Of a DNA stretch of 64,000 nucleotides, positions 20,245 to 28,881 are shown in pieces. This DNA is from Paracoccaceae bacterium (GTDB taxonomy: Bacteria > Pseudomonadota > Alphaproteobacteria > Rhodobacterales > Rhodobacteraceae): the NCBI GenBank assembly GCA_902606585.1, contig CACLGX010000002.1:20241-84240 (forward strand), in the 5' to 3' direction. A model generated the notes under the pieces. It saw only the letters and a list, made by a program, of their open reading frames with translations, did no database searches and was not told the DNA's origin. A program made the position numbers and the translations under genes. The first letter of the stretch is position 1. The number at the start of each line of letters is the position of its first letter.

Positions 20245-21588
20245 TTATTTTATAGCGTCCCAAGCTGCTTGAATATTGTCAGCAGTAGTTTTTGCATTCT
20301 GACCGTTTGCAAATGCGGTCATTTCACTCCAGAAAGCGCCAGCACCGATAGCACCAGGCATCAAGTCAGAAGCATCAAAGCGAAATGTAGTAGCATTTGC
20401 TAGGATTTCACCTTGCTTTCTTAACAGCGGTGTTGCGTAAGCACTTAAGTCAGCACCTTTATGAGCGGTAAGGAATACACCTTGCTGCATCCAAGCTTCA
20501 TGTGCTGAGGCTTCTTGCAAATACTTAAAGAATGCACGTGTAGCAGGAGAATCTTTCGCCATAGTGTACAAAGTTCCAGCACCAAGAACTGGGTTCCCTA
20601 GGTTTCCAGATGCAAAAGGTGGAAAATAAAATGCATCTGCTTCACCGCGTGCAACTTCTTCACCCTTATCAGGGAAAAATCCAGTAATGAATGAAGCTTG
20701 ACGGTGCATCATGCAACTCGGGGGTGATGTGAACAATCCTTTTGGCGCATCACCAAATGAAGTAGTCGCTACGGAAGCCGCTCCACCCGCAACGTAATCA
20801 TCATTTCGAGAGAATTGACCATAAAGTTCCATAGCATTAATCACTTCTGGACTATTAAAGGCGAGGTCATTTGAAACCCAACGGTCATAGTTTTCAGCAG
20901 AGGTGGTACGCAGCATGATGTCTTCCATCCAGTCGGTTGCGGTCCAACCTGTAGCATTCCCAGACTCGACACCAATACACCAAGGTGTATTTCCATCAGC
21001 TACCATCTGATCTGACAGAGCAATAAGTTCTTCCATCGTGGATGGAATTTCATAGCCGTTGTCTTCAAATTGCTCTGGTGAATACCAAACAAGTGATTTT
21101 AAATCCATTTTAAAGGCAAAGCCGTAAAATTGATCATTACCATCAGGATCTTTATAAGTGCCAAGATCTACCCAAGATGAACCTGCACCATAATTGTCTT
21201 TCATCCATGCTGCTGCTTCGTCTCCAATTGGAATTAAGTGGCCTTCTGCTGCCATATCAGCGGCAAGACCTGGCTGTGGAAAGATAGAAATGTTAGGTGG
21301 GTTGTTTGAACGCATATCGGCAACGACTAAAGCTGCAAAATCGCGAGAACCAGAATATTGAACTTTTGCACCAGTTGCTTTTTCAAAGCAACTAATGGTA
21401 TTTTCTAACATTTCTTGATCAGTGCCCAGCATTGATCCTTGCATAGTTATGACTTCACCGGGAAAGCTTCCCATGTCGCCTAACTTAGAAGGCGTATTGC
21501 AAACATCGTGAGAGCCCGCGGCACCCATTGAGCCAAAGCCCAAGGATATAGCAGCTGTGATGCTTAAAGTTTTATTATTAAGTTTCAT
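20245..21588 (-). CDS. aglE: Alpha-glucoside ABC substrate-binding protein (AglE/GgtB-like)
   Basis: Signal peptide; FPQPGL, KSLVWY, WCIGVESGNATGW, HRQASF, RFDASDLMPGAIGAGAFW. Confidence 0.88.
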   Translation of the reverse strand: MKLNNKTLSITAAISLGFGSMGAAGSHDVCNTPSKLGDMGSFPGEVITMQGSMLGTDQEMLENTISCFEKATGAKVQYSGSRDFAALVVADMRSNNPPNISIFPQPGLAADMAAEGHLIPIGDEAAAWMKDNYGAGSSWVDLGTYKDPDGNDQFYGFAFKMDLKSLVWYSPEQFEDNGYEIPSTMEELIALSDQMVADGNTPWCIGVESGNATGWTATDWMEDIMLRTTSAENYDRWVSNDLAFNSPEVINAMELYGQFSRNDDYVAGGAASVATTSFGDAPKGLFTSPPSCMMHRQASFITGFFPDKGEEVARGEADAFYFPPFASGNLGNPVLGAGTLYTMAKDSPATRAFFKYLQEASAHEAWMQQGVFLTAHKGADLSAYATPLLRKQGEILANATTFRFDASDLMPGAIGAGAFWSEMTAFANGQNAKTTADNIQAAWDAIK

Positions 21589-21684
21589 TCTTTTCCTCCC
21601 AAGAGTTGAAACATTTGAATTTTAATAAAAACTAAGTCAATAGACGACCTAATCTTTAAAATTTAAGTGCTAAAATTTGCACTG

Positions 21685-21700
21685 TTGGTAGCGCTACCAA
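21685..21700. promoter_or_regulatory. LacI-family operator upstream of aglE
   Basis: Perfect 16-bp palindrome TTGGTAGCGCTACCAA with central AGCGCT. Confidence 0.8.
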
Positions 21701-21804
21701 ACTCTAAAATCTAACGCAGGTCAAATATAAAAAGTTTTGCTATATAAAAACAAAAAACTGCTTAAAATTTTATTTTCCTCATTTTTCTGAATTTTTGTCA
21801 CAGA

Positions 21805-22266
21805 TTAAAGTTTTTGATAATTTCCCCCTAAATAAAGTAACGGTTTATGATCCGTAGTTTCAAACTTCTTGACTTCTCCTACTATGATTGAATGATCTCC
21901 TCCATCAAAGTGATTGTATTTTATACATTCAAAACGCGCCGAACAATTTTCGATAAATGCATCACCTTCATCATTATAAGCCCAAATCAATTCACTTTCC
22001 CCATTTGCACTCTTTGAGAAACTTTTACAGAGCTCAATTTGATTTTCGCTAGCAATATGAACAATAAATTTCTTGGCTGCTAAAAAAGTATTATGCCTTT
22101 TAGAAGCTTTCGCAGGTGCCCATAGTACCAACGGTGGGGATAAGGACAGGCTTGAAAAGCTATTGGCTGTAATTCCGATAGGACCATTTTCACTATTACA
22201 GGTAACAATTGTGATCCCTGTTACATATTTTCCTAAGGCAAATCTGAACTCATCTAAATTAATCAT
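21805..22266 (-). CDS. smoA: Flavin reductase (SmoA-like partner of the monooxygenase)
   Basis: FRFALGKYVTG, TANSFSSLSLSPPLV, GGDHSIIVGEV; last gene of the smoC-smoB operon. Confidence 0.8.
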   Translation of the reverse strand: MINLDEFRFALGKYVTGITIVTCNSENGPIGITANSFSSLSLSPPLVLWAPAKASKRHNTFLAAKKFIVHIASENQIELCKSFSKSANGESELIWAYNDEGDAFIENCSARFECIKYNHFDGGDHSIIVGEVKKFETTDHKPLLYLGGNYQKL

Positions 22267-22287
22267 AAAAATTTGATTCCACTGTCA

Positions 22288-23178
22288 TTACGCAATTTCG
22301 CGCCCGAGCGCGGCTGTGTAAATTTCAAACCAGGTTTGCCTATCTAATTTAACCTCTAAGGCTTTTGAAATTGTCTCTATTCTAGCCAATGAGTTTGTTC
22401 CTAGTACGGGTAGAATATTAGCCGGGTGCGCAAGCAACCAAGCCACAGCTATCGTGCCCTGTTCGACGCCAAATATTTTACCTATACTGTCAAGTTGATT
22501 TACAATCTTTTCGTTCGATTTCAAAAATAAGTCTCCTCCCGCTAAAGGAGACCATGCCATAATGGGAGTATTATTACTTTGGTGAAATGCGACATCTCCA
22601 TTAGTGAAGCCATCGTGTGCTAGCACGCTTAACTCAATTTGATTGGTGACGAGTTTGTTTTTCATCCCAGTTTGCAATAAATTCCAATCCCAAGGTTTAA
22701 AGTTTGAAACACCCACATTTCTTACTTTCCCAGAGGCAATTATTTCATCAAGAGCGGCACCAGTTTCAAAGTGGTTCATCAATGGGTCTGGCCTATGGAG
22801 TAAAAGCAAATCGATGTAATCGATACCCATAAGTTTTAAAGATGAGTCTACTGAATATAGAATATGATCTCTTGACGTATCATAATACTTAACGCGGGCA
22901 CTTTCATATCTACCCACTGGAGCTACGATATCGCATTTGGTAACAATTTCCATTTTTTGACGTAGATTTGAACTTTTAAGCGCATTTCCTAGAATTTCTT
23001 CAGCTTCATAGCCGCCATAAATATCGGCCTGATCAAAGGAAGTTATTCCTTGATGTAAACAACTCGATATTTTATTGCGCACGTGATCAATCGATGTGTC
23101 TTCGTCATCACCCAATCTCCACATTCCATAGACCAAACGCGACATTGTAAGAGATGAACTGATTTTAATTCTTTCCAT
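22288..23178 (-). CDS. smoB: Aldo/keto reductase (SmoB-like 6-oxo-glucose reductase)
   Basis: YGMWR, DQADIYGGY, TKC, LLHRPD, GVSNF, WSPLAGG; coupled to smoC. Confidence 0.8.
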   Translation of the reverse strand: MERIKISSSLTMSRLVYGMWRLGDDEDTSIDHVRNKISSCLHQGITSFDQADIYGGYEAEEILGNALKSSNLRQKMEIVTKCDIVAPVGRYESARVKYYDTSRDHILYSVDSSLKLMGIDYIDLLLLHRPDPLMNHFETGAALDEIIASGKVRNVGVSNFKPWDWNLLQTGMKNKLVTNQIELSVLAHDGFTNGDVAFHQSNNTPIMAWSPLAGGDLFLKSNEKIVNQLDSIGKIFGVEQGTIAVAWLLAHPANILPVLGTNSLARIETISKALEVKLDRQTWFEIYTAALGREIA

Positions 23179-24332
23179 TAGTTACGCTCTCCTAGTCCTA
23201 GTGGAGTTGAAGGTATATTATTGGGAACTCGGCCATATACATGCGGTAAAGAGCAAGTTTTTATATTTGGCAAGACTTTCGAGCCAAAATGTTTGCATTC
23301 TTCAAGGTGGGGGTATCCAGATAAGATAAAAGAGCGAATTCCTAATTTCTGATACTGTTCTAATTCGCTCATCACTTGATCAGTTGATCCAACAATAGCA
23401 GCACCACATCCAGATCTTGCTCTACCCACTCCTGTCCAAAGATGAGGTTCGACATAACCGAATTCATCCGAAATTTGTCTATTTTTTGCTTGGTGAGAGA
23501 CTCCCAATGAAGAGCTATCTTGAGCACGTTCTCTTATTTTTTTTCCGAAGTCATCTTCTAGCCTTGATACTATATACTCAGCATATTCTTTGGCTTCTAT
23601 TTCGGTATCTCTAACAATCATATGAACACGCAGACCATAATCGAGGGTTCTACTATATTTTTCAGCCACCTCATTCACAGATTTCATCCGCCCAGTTATT
23701 TGTTCTTTTGGTTCAGGCCACATCAGATAGACATCACAATGTTGTCCGCATAACTCAAGAGCTGGTGGAGAATAACCCCCAAAATAAAGCAGCGGTCCTC
23801 CAATTTGAAATGGCTTTGAAGGTTCTGTTGTGAGCCCTGAGAAGTTGTATATTTCACCTGCATAATTAATCTCATCTTGGATCCAGGCTTGCTTCAAAAT
23901 TTCCACTACTTCTCGTGAGCGTTGATATCGATATCCACTTTCAGCTTTTTCCCCAGGAAAATCGGAACTAATAATGTTAATTGTCAAGCGGCCTTTCATC
24001 ATGTGATCCAAGGTGGCGATAGTTCGGGCAAGCATAATAGGTTGCATTTCACCGCATCTTACTGCAGCAAGCATATTAATTTTTTTGGTTATTGGTGCGC
24101 AGCCAGCTACAAAGCTCAATGTGTCTTGTCCAACTTGATAAGATGATGGGCATAGAATATTTCGGAATCCATAATTTTCTGCTTCTTTTACGATTGAACT
24201 ACAATGTTCCCAGGAACTGCGAAGATTTCCATCAGGAACCCCTAAAAATTGGTAATCGTCGGAGCATAAAGCTGAGAACCAAGAAACTTCCGCAGCTCTT
24301 AAGTCAGCAGATGTTATTGGCACGACGGTCAT
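23178..24332 (-). CDS. smoC: Flavin-dependent sulfoquinovose monooxygenase (LLM family)
   Basis: MTVVPITSADL..VSWFSALCSDDY, LCPSSYQVGQDT, ISSDFPGE, LYFGGYS, WTGVGRARSGCGAA; very close to my recollection of Agrobacterium SmoC. Confidence 0.88.
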   Translation of the reverse strand: MTVVPITSADLRAAEVSWFSALCSDDYQFLGVPDGNLRSSWEHCSSIVKEAENYGFRNILCPSSYQVGQDTLSFVAGCAPITKKINMLAAVRCGEMQPIMLARTIATLDHMMKGRLTINIISSDFPGEKAESGYRYQRSREVVEILKQAWIQDEINYAGEIYNFSGLTTEPSKPFQIGGPLLYFGGYSPPALELCGQHCDVYLMWPEPKEQITGRMKSVNEVAEKYSRTLDYGLRVHMIVRDTEIEAKEYAEYIVSRLEDDFGKKIRERAQDSSSLGVSHQAKNRQISDEFGYVEPHLWTGVGRARSGCGAAIVGSTDQVMSELEQYQKLGIRSFILSGYPHLEECKHFGSKVLPNIKTCSLPHVYGRVPNNIPSTPLGLGERN

Positions 24333-24422
24333 AGGCTTCCCCTTATCTTAGGTCTTGCGTAGCATTCCAACATATGTAAATCAATGGTGTATCAATTTTG
24401 AAATTACTTACATTTTGAAAGC

Positions 24423-25124
24423 ATGTCTGAAGCCACCTCTTTACCAGTTTATATCCAAATTAGTGAAATGCTTATGCGAGAAATATTAGCAGGCCGGTTA
24501 TCGGATGGTGAACGTCTACTGCCCGAAAGACATTTAGCTAAATCTCTCAATATTTCTGTTGGAACCTTGCGAAAAGCTTTGAAAGACCTTGAACAAAAAG
24601 GTGCTCTATTTAGAAGGCATGGTTCTGGCAATTATATAAAATTTAATACGAAATTTAATTCTATTTATTCGTTTTTTAGAGTCGAACTGATCGACGGTGG
24701 AGGTTTACCTTCAGCGAAAAATTTAGATATCAATCTGGTTAAAAAACCAAAAAACTCACCGTTTTTTGGAGAATCAGATAAATGCCTGAGAATAAGGCGA
24801 TTGCGTTTCTTGGACAATCTACCCTGCGTGTTAGAAGAAATCCACTTGGACTCCATAAAAACTGTTGGGTATAAATTTGATAATATTTCACAGTCTATTT
24901 ATCTATTTTATAAAGATATCCTAAATTTGCGCATTACTTCAGCCAAAGATAGTACCACCCTACTTCCAGTGCCTGTTTGGTCTCCTAAGGAATTTAAAAT
25001 AATGAATTCTCAGGAAACAGTTTGTATAGAGCGTTTAGCATACGATCAGGTTGGAGCTCCTGTAGAGTTTTCACGAAGTTGGATCGATACAAATATTGCA
25101 CGCTATACGACGCGCATAAGTTAG
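24423..25124 (+). CDS. smoD: GntR/HutC-family regulator with UTRA domain (SmoD-like)
   Basis: LPVYIQISE, LLPERHLA, SVGTLRKAL, HGSGNY; divergent from smoC. Confidence 0.78.
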   Translation: MSEATSLPVYIQISEMLMREILAGRLSDGERLLPERHLAKSLNISVGTLRKALKDLEQKGALFRRHGSGNYIKFNTKFNSIYSFFRVELIDGGGLPSAKNLDINLVKKPKNSPFFGESDKCLRIRRLRFLDNLPCVLEEIHLDSIKTVGYKFDNISQSIYLFYKDILNLRITSAKDSTTLLPVPVWSPKEFKIMNSQETVCIERLAYDQVGAPVEFSRSWIDTNIARYTTRIS

Positions 25125-25131
25125 GAGCATT

Positions 25132-26217
25132 ATGAAAAAAAGATACGGAATTATAGGTTGTGGAATGATGGGGCAGGAGCATCTTCGCAATATAAATTTA
25201 ATAGATGATGCTGTAACATATGCTGTTTATGAACCTAATCCAAATATGCAAAAAATGGCACAAGTACTTGCACCGGAGGCCAGGTTTTATGACACTCTTG
25301 ATAAAATTTTAAATGACGAAAACATTGATTGCTGGTTGATAGTCTCGCCAAATCATCTTCACATGGACCAATTGGAACAAGTGGCTCGTGTACCGCATAA
25401 GCCAATTTTAGTGGAAAAGCCTTTATTCACCAACATCAATCATTTGAAGAGAGTAGAAAAATTTTTAGTTAAATATACAGCACCGGTTTGGGTAGCCATG
25501 GAATATCGATATATGCCACCGATAGCAGAACTCATTAGGCAGCAAAAAAATGTAACTGGTGCTATCAAAATGCTTTCTATCCGTGAACATAGATTTCCAT
25601 TTCTTCCTAAAGTTGATAACTGGAACAGATTTAATAAAAACAGTGGTGGGACATTCGTTGAAAAATGCTGCCATTTTTTCGATTTGATGAGATTAATAAC
25701 AAAGTCTAACCCAACTAAGATAATGGCAAGTGGGGGGCAGGCCGTTAACCACCTTAAAGAAAATTACTCTGGTTTGGTGCCAGATATTTGGGATCATGGA
25801 TATGTAATTGTTGAGTTTGAAAATAATATGAGGGCCATGCTTGAACTGTGTATGTTCGCAGAAGGTGCAAAGTATCAAGAAGAGATATCAATTACTGGAG
25901 AAATAGGTAAAATAGAAGCTTTTGTTCCAGGCCCCGCTAGATTTTGGCCCAAGAAACATGGTGCTCCTCCGATACCAAAAATAGTTGTTAGTCCAAGAGA
26001 TAAGTCTGGTTTAAGAGAATTTAATGTGCCCATAGACGAAAAGATATTAGAAGCAGGTGATCACAATGGCTCTACGTTTTACCAGCATCAAAAATTTATG
26101 CGTGTTGTAGAAGGATATCAATCACCAGAGGTGACTTTGAATGATGGTATCTGGGCTGTAAGAATGGGTAATGCCGCACAAGTTTCTGCTGAAACCGGAA
26201 GAGTGGTTAATTTCTAG
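25132..26217 (+). CDS. sqgA: NAD+-dependent sulfoquinovosidase (GH188, Gfo/Idh/MocA fold)
   Basis: GCGMMGQEH, VEKP, MEYRYMPP, REHRFPFLPKVDNWNRF, VEKCCHFFDL, GDHNGST; lies inside the smo cluster. Confidence 0.8.
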   Translation: MKKRYGIIGCGMMGQEHLRNINLIDDAVTYAVYEPNPNMQKMAQVLAPEARFYDTLDKILNDENIDCWLIVSPNHLHMDQLEQVARVPHKPILVEKPLFTNINHLKRVEKFLVKYTAPVWVAMEYRYMPPIAELIRQQKNVTGAIKMLSIREHRFPFLPKVDNWNRFNKNSGGTFVEKCCHFFDLMRLITKSNPTKIMASGGQAVNHLKENYSGLVPDIWDHGYVIVEFENNMRAMLELCMFAEGAKYQEEISITGEIGKIEAFVPGPARFWPKKHGAPPIPKIVVSPRDKSGLREFNVPIDEKILEAGDHNGSTFYQHQKFMRVVEGYQSPEVTLNDGIWAVRMGNAAQVSAETGRVVNF

Positions 26218-26261
26218 GGCTATCCATTTGGAATAATGCACTCCAATGCAAAGTTAGATAA

Positions 26262-26696
26262 TTAAGTTTCTAATAACTTTAGAGCATCACGCATTTCGCG
26301 AGGAATTGGTGTGGGTCTTCGATTTTCACAGTCTACCAGAACTTGTGCAAAAAACCCTAGTGCGAAACATGGATCATCCTCTTCCCGAAAAAGCCCTGCT
26401 TGATAAATCCATGATGTATTACCAATTTTATTTATTTTTAAGCCAACTGATATTTTGTCTGGATAGGCCGCCTCTGAAAAGTAGCGGCAACCACTTTCGA
26501 CAACCATGAACTCAAATCTGTCATATTCTTTATTGAAGAAGCCGTGGTCTCTTTGCCAGTCAGTGACGGCCGTGTCTATTAAAGCATAATGAACAATATT
26601 GTTCATATGACCGTAAGCATCATTATCCATCCATCTAGTAGGCATCTGAACAAAGGTAGGAAATTCTAATCGGCAAAGTTGTTTGTCATTTGTCAT
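26262..26696 (-). CDS. Acyl-CoA thioesterase (4HBT/YbgC family)
   Basis: TRWMDNDAYGHMNN. Confidence 0.85.
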   Translation of the reverse strand: MTNDKQLCRLEFPTFVQMPTRWMDNDAYGHMNNIVHYALIDTAVTDWQRDHGFFNKEYDRFEFMVVESGCRYFSEAAYPDKISVGLKINKIGNTSWIYQAGLFREEDDPCFALGFFAQVLVDCENRRPTPIPREMRDALKLLET

Positions 26697-26797
26697 TTCT
26701 GTATCCTGGTGCAAATATATCAAAACACAATTGGTTTTAAATTTTAGATCAAAAAGTGATTTATATTGTTAATAAAAAATATTTTGTAGGATTATCA

Positions 26798-27565
26798 ATG
26801 GAAATAAATGGAACACTTTCTGTGATAGTTACTGGTGGCGCCTCTGGCTTAGGTGAAGCAACAGCGCGCATGTTATCATCCATGGGTGCAAATGTGGCTA
26901 TTTTTGATCTAGATATTGAAAAGGGTTCAACTATTGCAAAAGAATTAAGTTCAGACTTCTACGAAGTTGATGTATCGGATGCTAATTCTGTAAACCAAGC
27001 AGTTTTGGCTTTTTCAAAGCAAAATGAAGGAATTCAGGTTGCGGTAAATTGTGCTGGTATAGGTCCTGCAGCAAAAACTGTTTCACGAGGGGAGGCCCAT
27101 TCAAGTGAACTTTTTGCTAAAGTTATTAATATTAATTTAATTGGTACCTTTAATGTGGCTTCTGTCTGTGCGGCTCAGATGGTAAAAAATGAAAAGTATT
27201 CAGAGGATGGCTTAAGGGGCGTAATAATAAATACAGCGTCTGTTGCGGCTTATGATGGGCAGGTAGGTCAGGCTGCGTACTCAGCTTCAAAAGGTGGAGT
27301 CGTTGGACTGACACTTCCAATGGCCAGAGATCTTTCTGATAAAGGTGTTCGTGTCTGTTCAATTGCACCGGGATTATTCCTGACGCCACTTTTGGAAAGT
27401 CTGCCTAATGAAGTTCAAGAGTCTTTGGGAGGGCAGGTCCCATTTCCATCACGATTAGGAAAACCAAGTGAATTTGCCCAGTTAGTGTGTCATATAATTG
27501 AGAACGATATGTTAAACGGAGAGGTAATTCGCCTTGATGGAGCAATAAGAATGGCTCCGCGCTAG
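26798..27565 (+). CDS. SDR, 3-hydroxyacyl-CoA dehydrogenase type II (HSD17B10-like)
   Basis: TGGASGLG, NCAGI, TASVAAYDGQVGQAAYSASKGG, NGEVIRLDGAIRM. Confidence 0.88.
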   Translation: MEINGTLSVIVTGGASGLGEATARMLSSMGANVAIFDLDIEKGSTIAKELSSDFYEVDVSDANSVNQAVLAFSKQNEGIQVAVNCAGIGPAAKTVSRGEAHSSELFAKVININLIGTFNVASVCAAQMVKNEKYSEDGLRGVIINTASVAAYDGQVGQAAYSASKGGVVGLTLPMARDLSDKGVRVCSIAPGLFLTPLLESLPNEVQESLGGQVPFPSRLGKPSEFAQLVCHIIENDMLNGEVIRLDGAIRMAPR

Positions 27566-27690
27566 GTAGTTCTGAAAAATCTGAACAATAGCGAGGACGC
27601 CCATCTAGCGAATATAGCAATCGCAAGTGACATAAAACCATACACTAGTGGGTTTTTTCTAAACTTATTAAATAACAGACGCTCTAGACA
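27562..27690 (-). pseudogene. C-terminal remnant of a TIGR02186-family membrane protein gene
   Basis: Frame reads CLERLLFNKFRKNPLVYGFMSLAIAIFARWASSLLFRFFRTT*, preceded by an in-frame TAA; resembles the recalled family tail GLER..PLIYGLMSLAIAIxAGW. Confidence 0.65.
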
Positions 27691-27738
27691 GAAATATTAG
27701 GTATTTGCAATATTTAGAAATATCATAAAGATAATATG

Positions 27739-28881
27739 CTAACGCTCTTTGACGTATGGTTGTCCGCCTGCTCGCGGAGGGATAGCTTTTCCAACAAATC
27801 CCGCCAAAACCACGACTGTCAGAACATATGGAAGAGATTGTATGAAAACAACTGGGATTTTAATTTGCCTACTGATGCCGGTGTCCCATACTGAAAATAT
27901 TACCATAAATGCAATGACTGAAATTCCAAGGGCTAAACCGCCGAGAACAGCTTTATCTAAATAATCCTTCTTCCAGACATAGCTTATCAGCCCTAGTGCT
28001 ACAAGAATTAGAAATCCGCTTAGAAACCAAGCGGGCAGTAAAATATTTTGAAATCGAGTGTCTACTGCAAAGAAAAAACCAAATAATAAACATGCACTTA
28101 GCGCGTACCACGGGCGCCACTTCGCAAAAATTAGGGCTGCCAATGCAATAAACCCACGTCCCGCAGACATGTCTTTTGTAAAGTTAGCTTGTAAAGAAGT
28201 CGCAATATATGCACCTGCAATACCACATAAAACACCGCCAATAATGACCGCACTATAGCGTAGTCCTACAACTGATATTCCCGCAGTATCAACTGCAGCA
28301 GGATTTTCGCCAACAGCTCGCAAGCGAAGTCCGTACCTCGTTTTGTAAAGTATAAACCATGATAAAGGCACTGTTAGCAGTGCAGTATAAACGAGAAGAG
28401 AGTGTCCCGATAGGAGTTCTGAATACAGCTGCATTAATGGACCTGCTTCATTCATTTCCTTTGACGAAGTAGCCCCCGGGAAGTTTATTGGTTCAAACCT
28501 GCCACCCGATTTTAAAGGTGGCGTTCGACCGCCCTGTCCAAACATATCTTGCGCTACGACTACGGTGAGGCCTGCTGCTAAGAAATTGATAGCTACTCCT
28601 GATATAATTTGATCGCCGCGAAGTGTAATTGATGCCAATCCGTGAAGTAACGACAACATAATAGACGCTAAACTGCCTGCTAAGAGCCCTATCCACACAG
28701 ATCCAGTAATTGCCGCAAATGCTGCAGAGACAAACGCTGCAGCTAAAAGTTTTCCTTCAAGCCCAATATCAAAAATACCTGCACGTTCAGAAAATAAACC
28801 TGCCAAGCAAACCAACAACAAAGGTGTTGCGAGGCGCAATGAACTATCTAAAACCTGGAGCAGGGTTAAAAAATCAATCAT
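27739..28881 (-). CDS. Nucleoside (BMP-type) ABC permease 2
   Basis: ERAGIFDIGLEG, GLRLRAVGENP, GRGFIALAA, KWRP. Confidence 0.88.
   Translation of the reverse strand: MIDFLTLLQVLDSSLRLATPLLLVCLAGLFSERAGIFDIGLEGKLLAAAFVSAAFAAITGSVWIGLLAGSLASIMLSLLHGLASITLRGDQIISGVAINFLAAGLTVVVAQDMFGQGGRTPPLKSGGRFEPINFPGATSSKEMNEAGPLMQLYSELLSGHSLLVYTALLTVPLSWFILYKTRYGLRLRAVGENPAAVDTAGISVVGLRYSAVIIGGVLCGIAGAYIATSLQANFTKDMSAGRGFIALAALIFAKWRPWYALSACLLFGFFFAVDTRFQNILLPAWFLSGFLILVALGLISYVWKKDYLDKAVLGGLALGISVIAFMVIFSVWDTGISRQIKIPVVFIQSLPYVLTVVVLAGFVGKAIPPRAGGQPYVKER

Noticed and set aside
23178-24332. Alkanesulfonate monooxygenase SsuD for sulfur starvation
   Set aside because: No ssuABC/ssuE; the sequence and the AKR, GntR and GH188 neighbours fit SmoC
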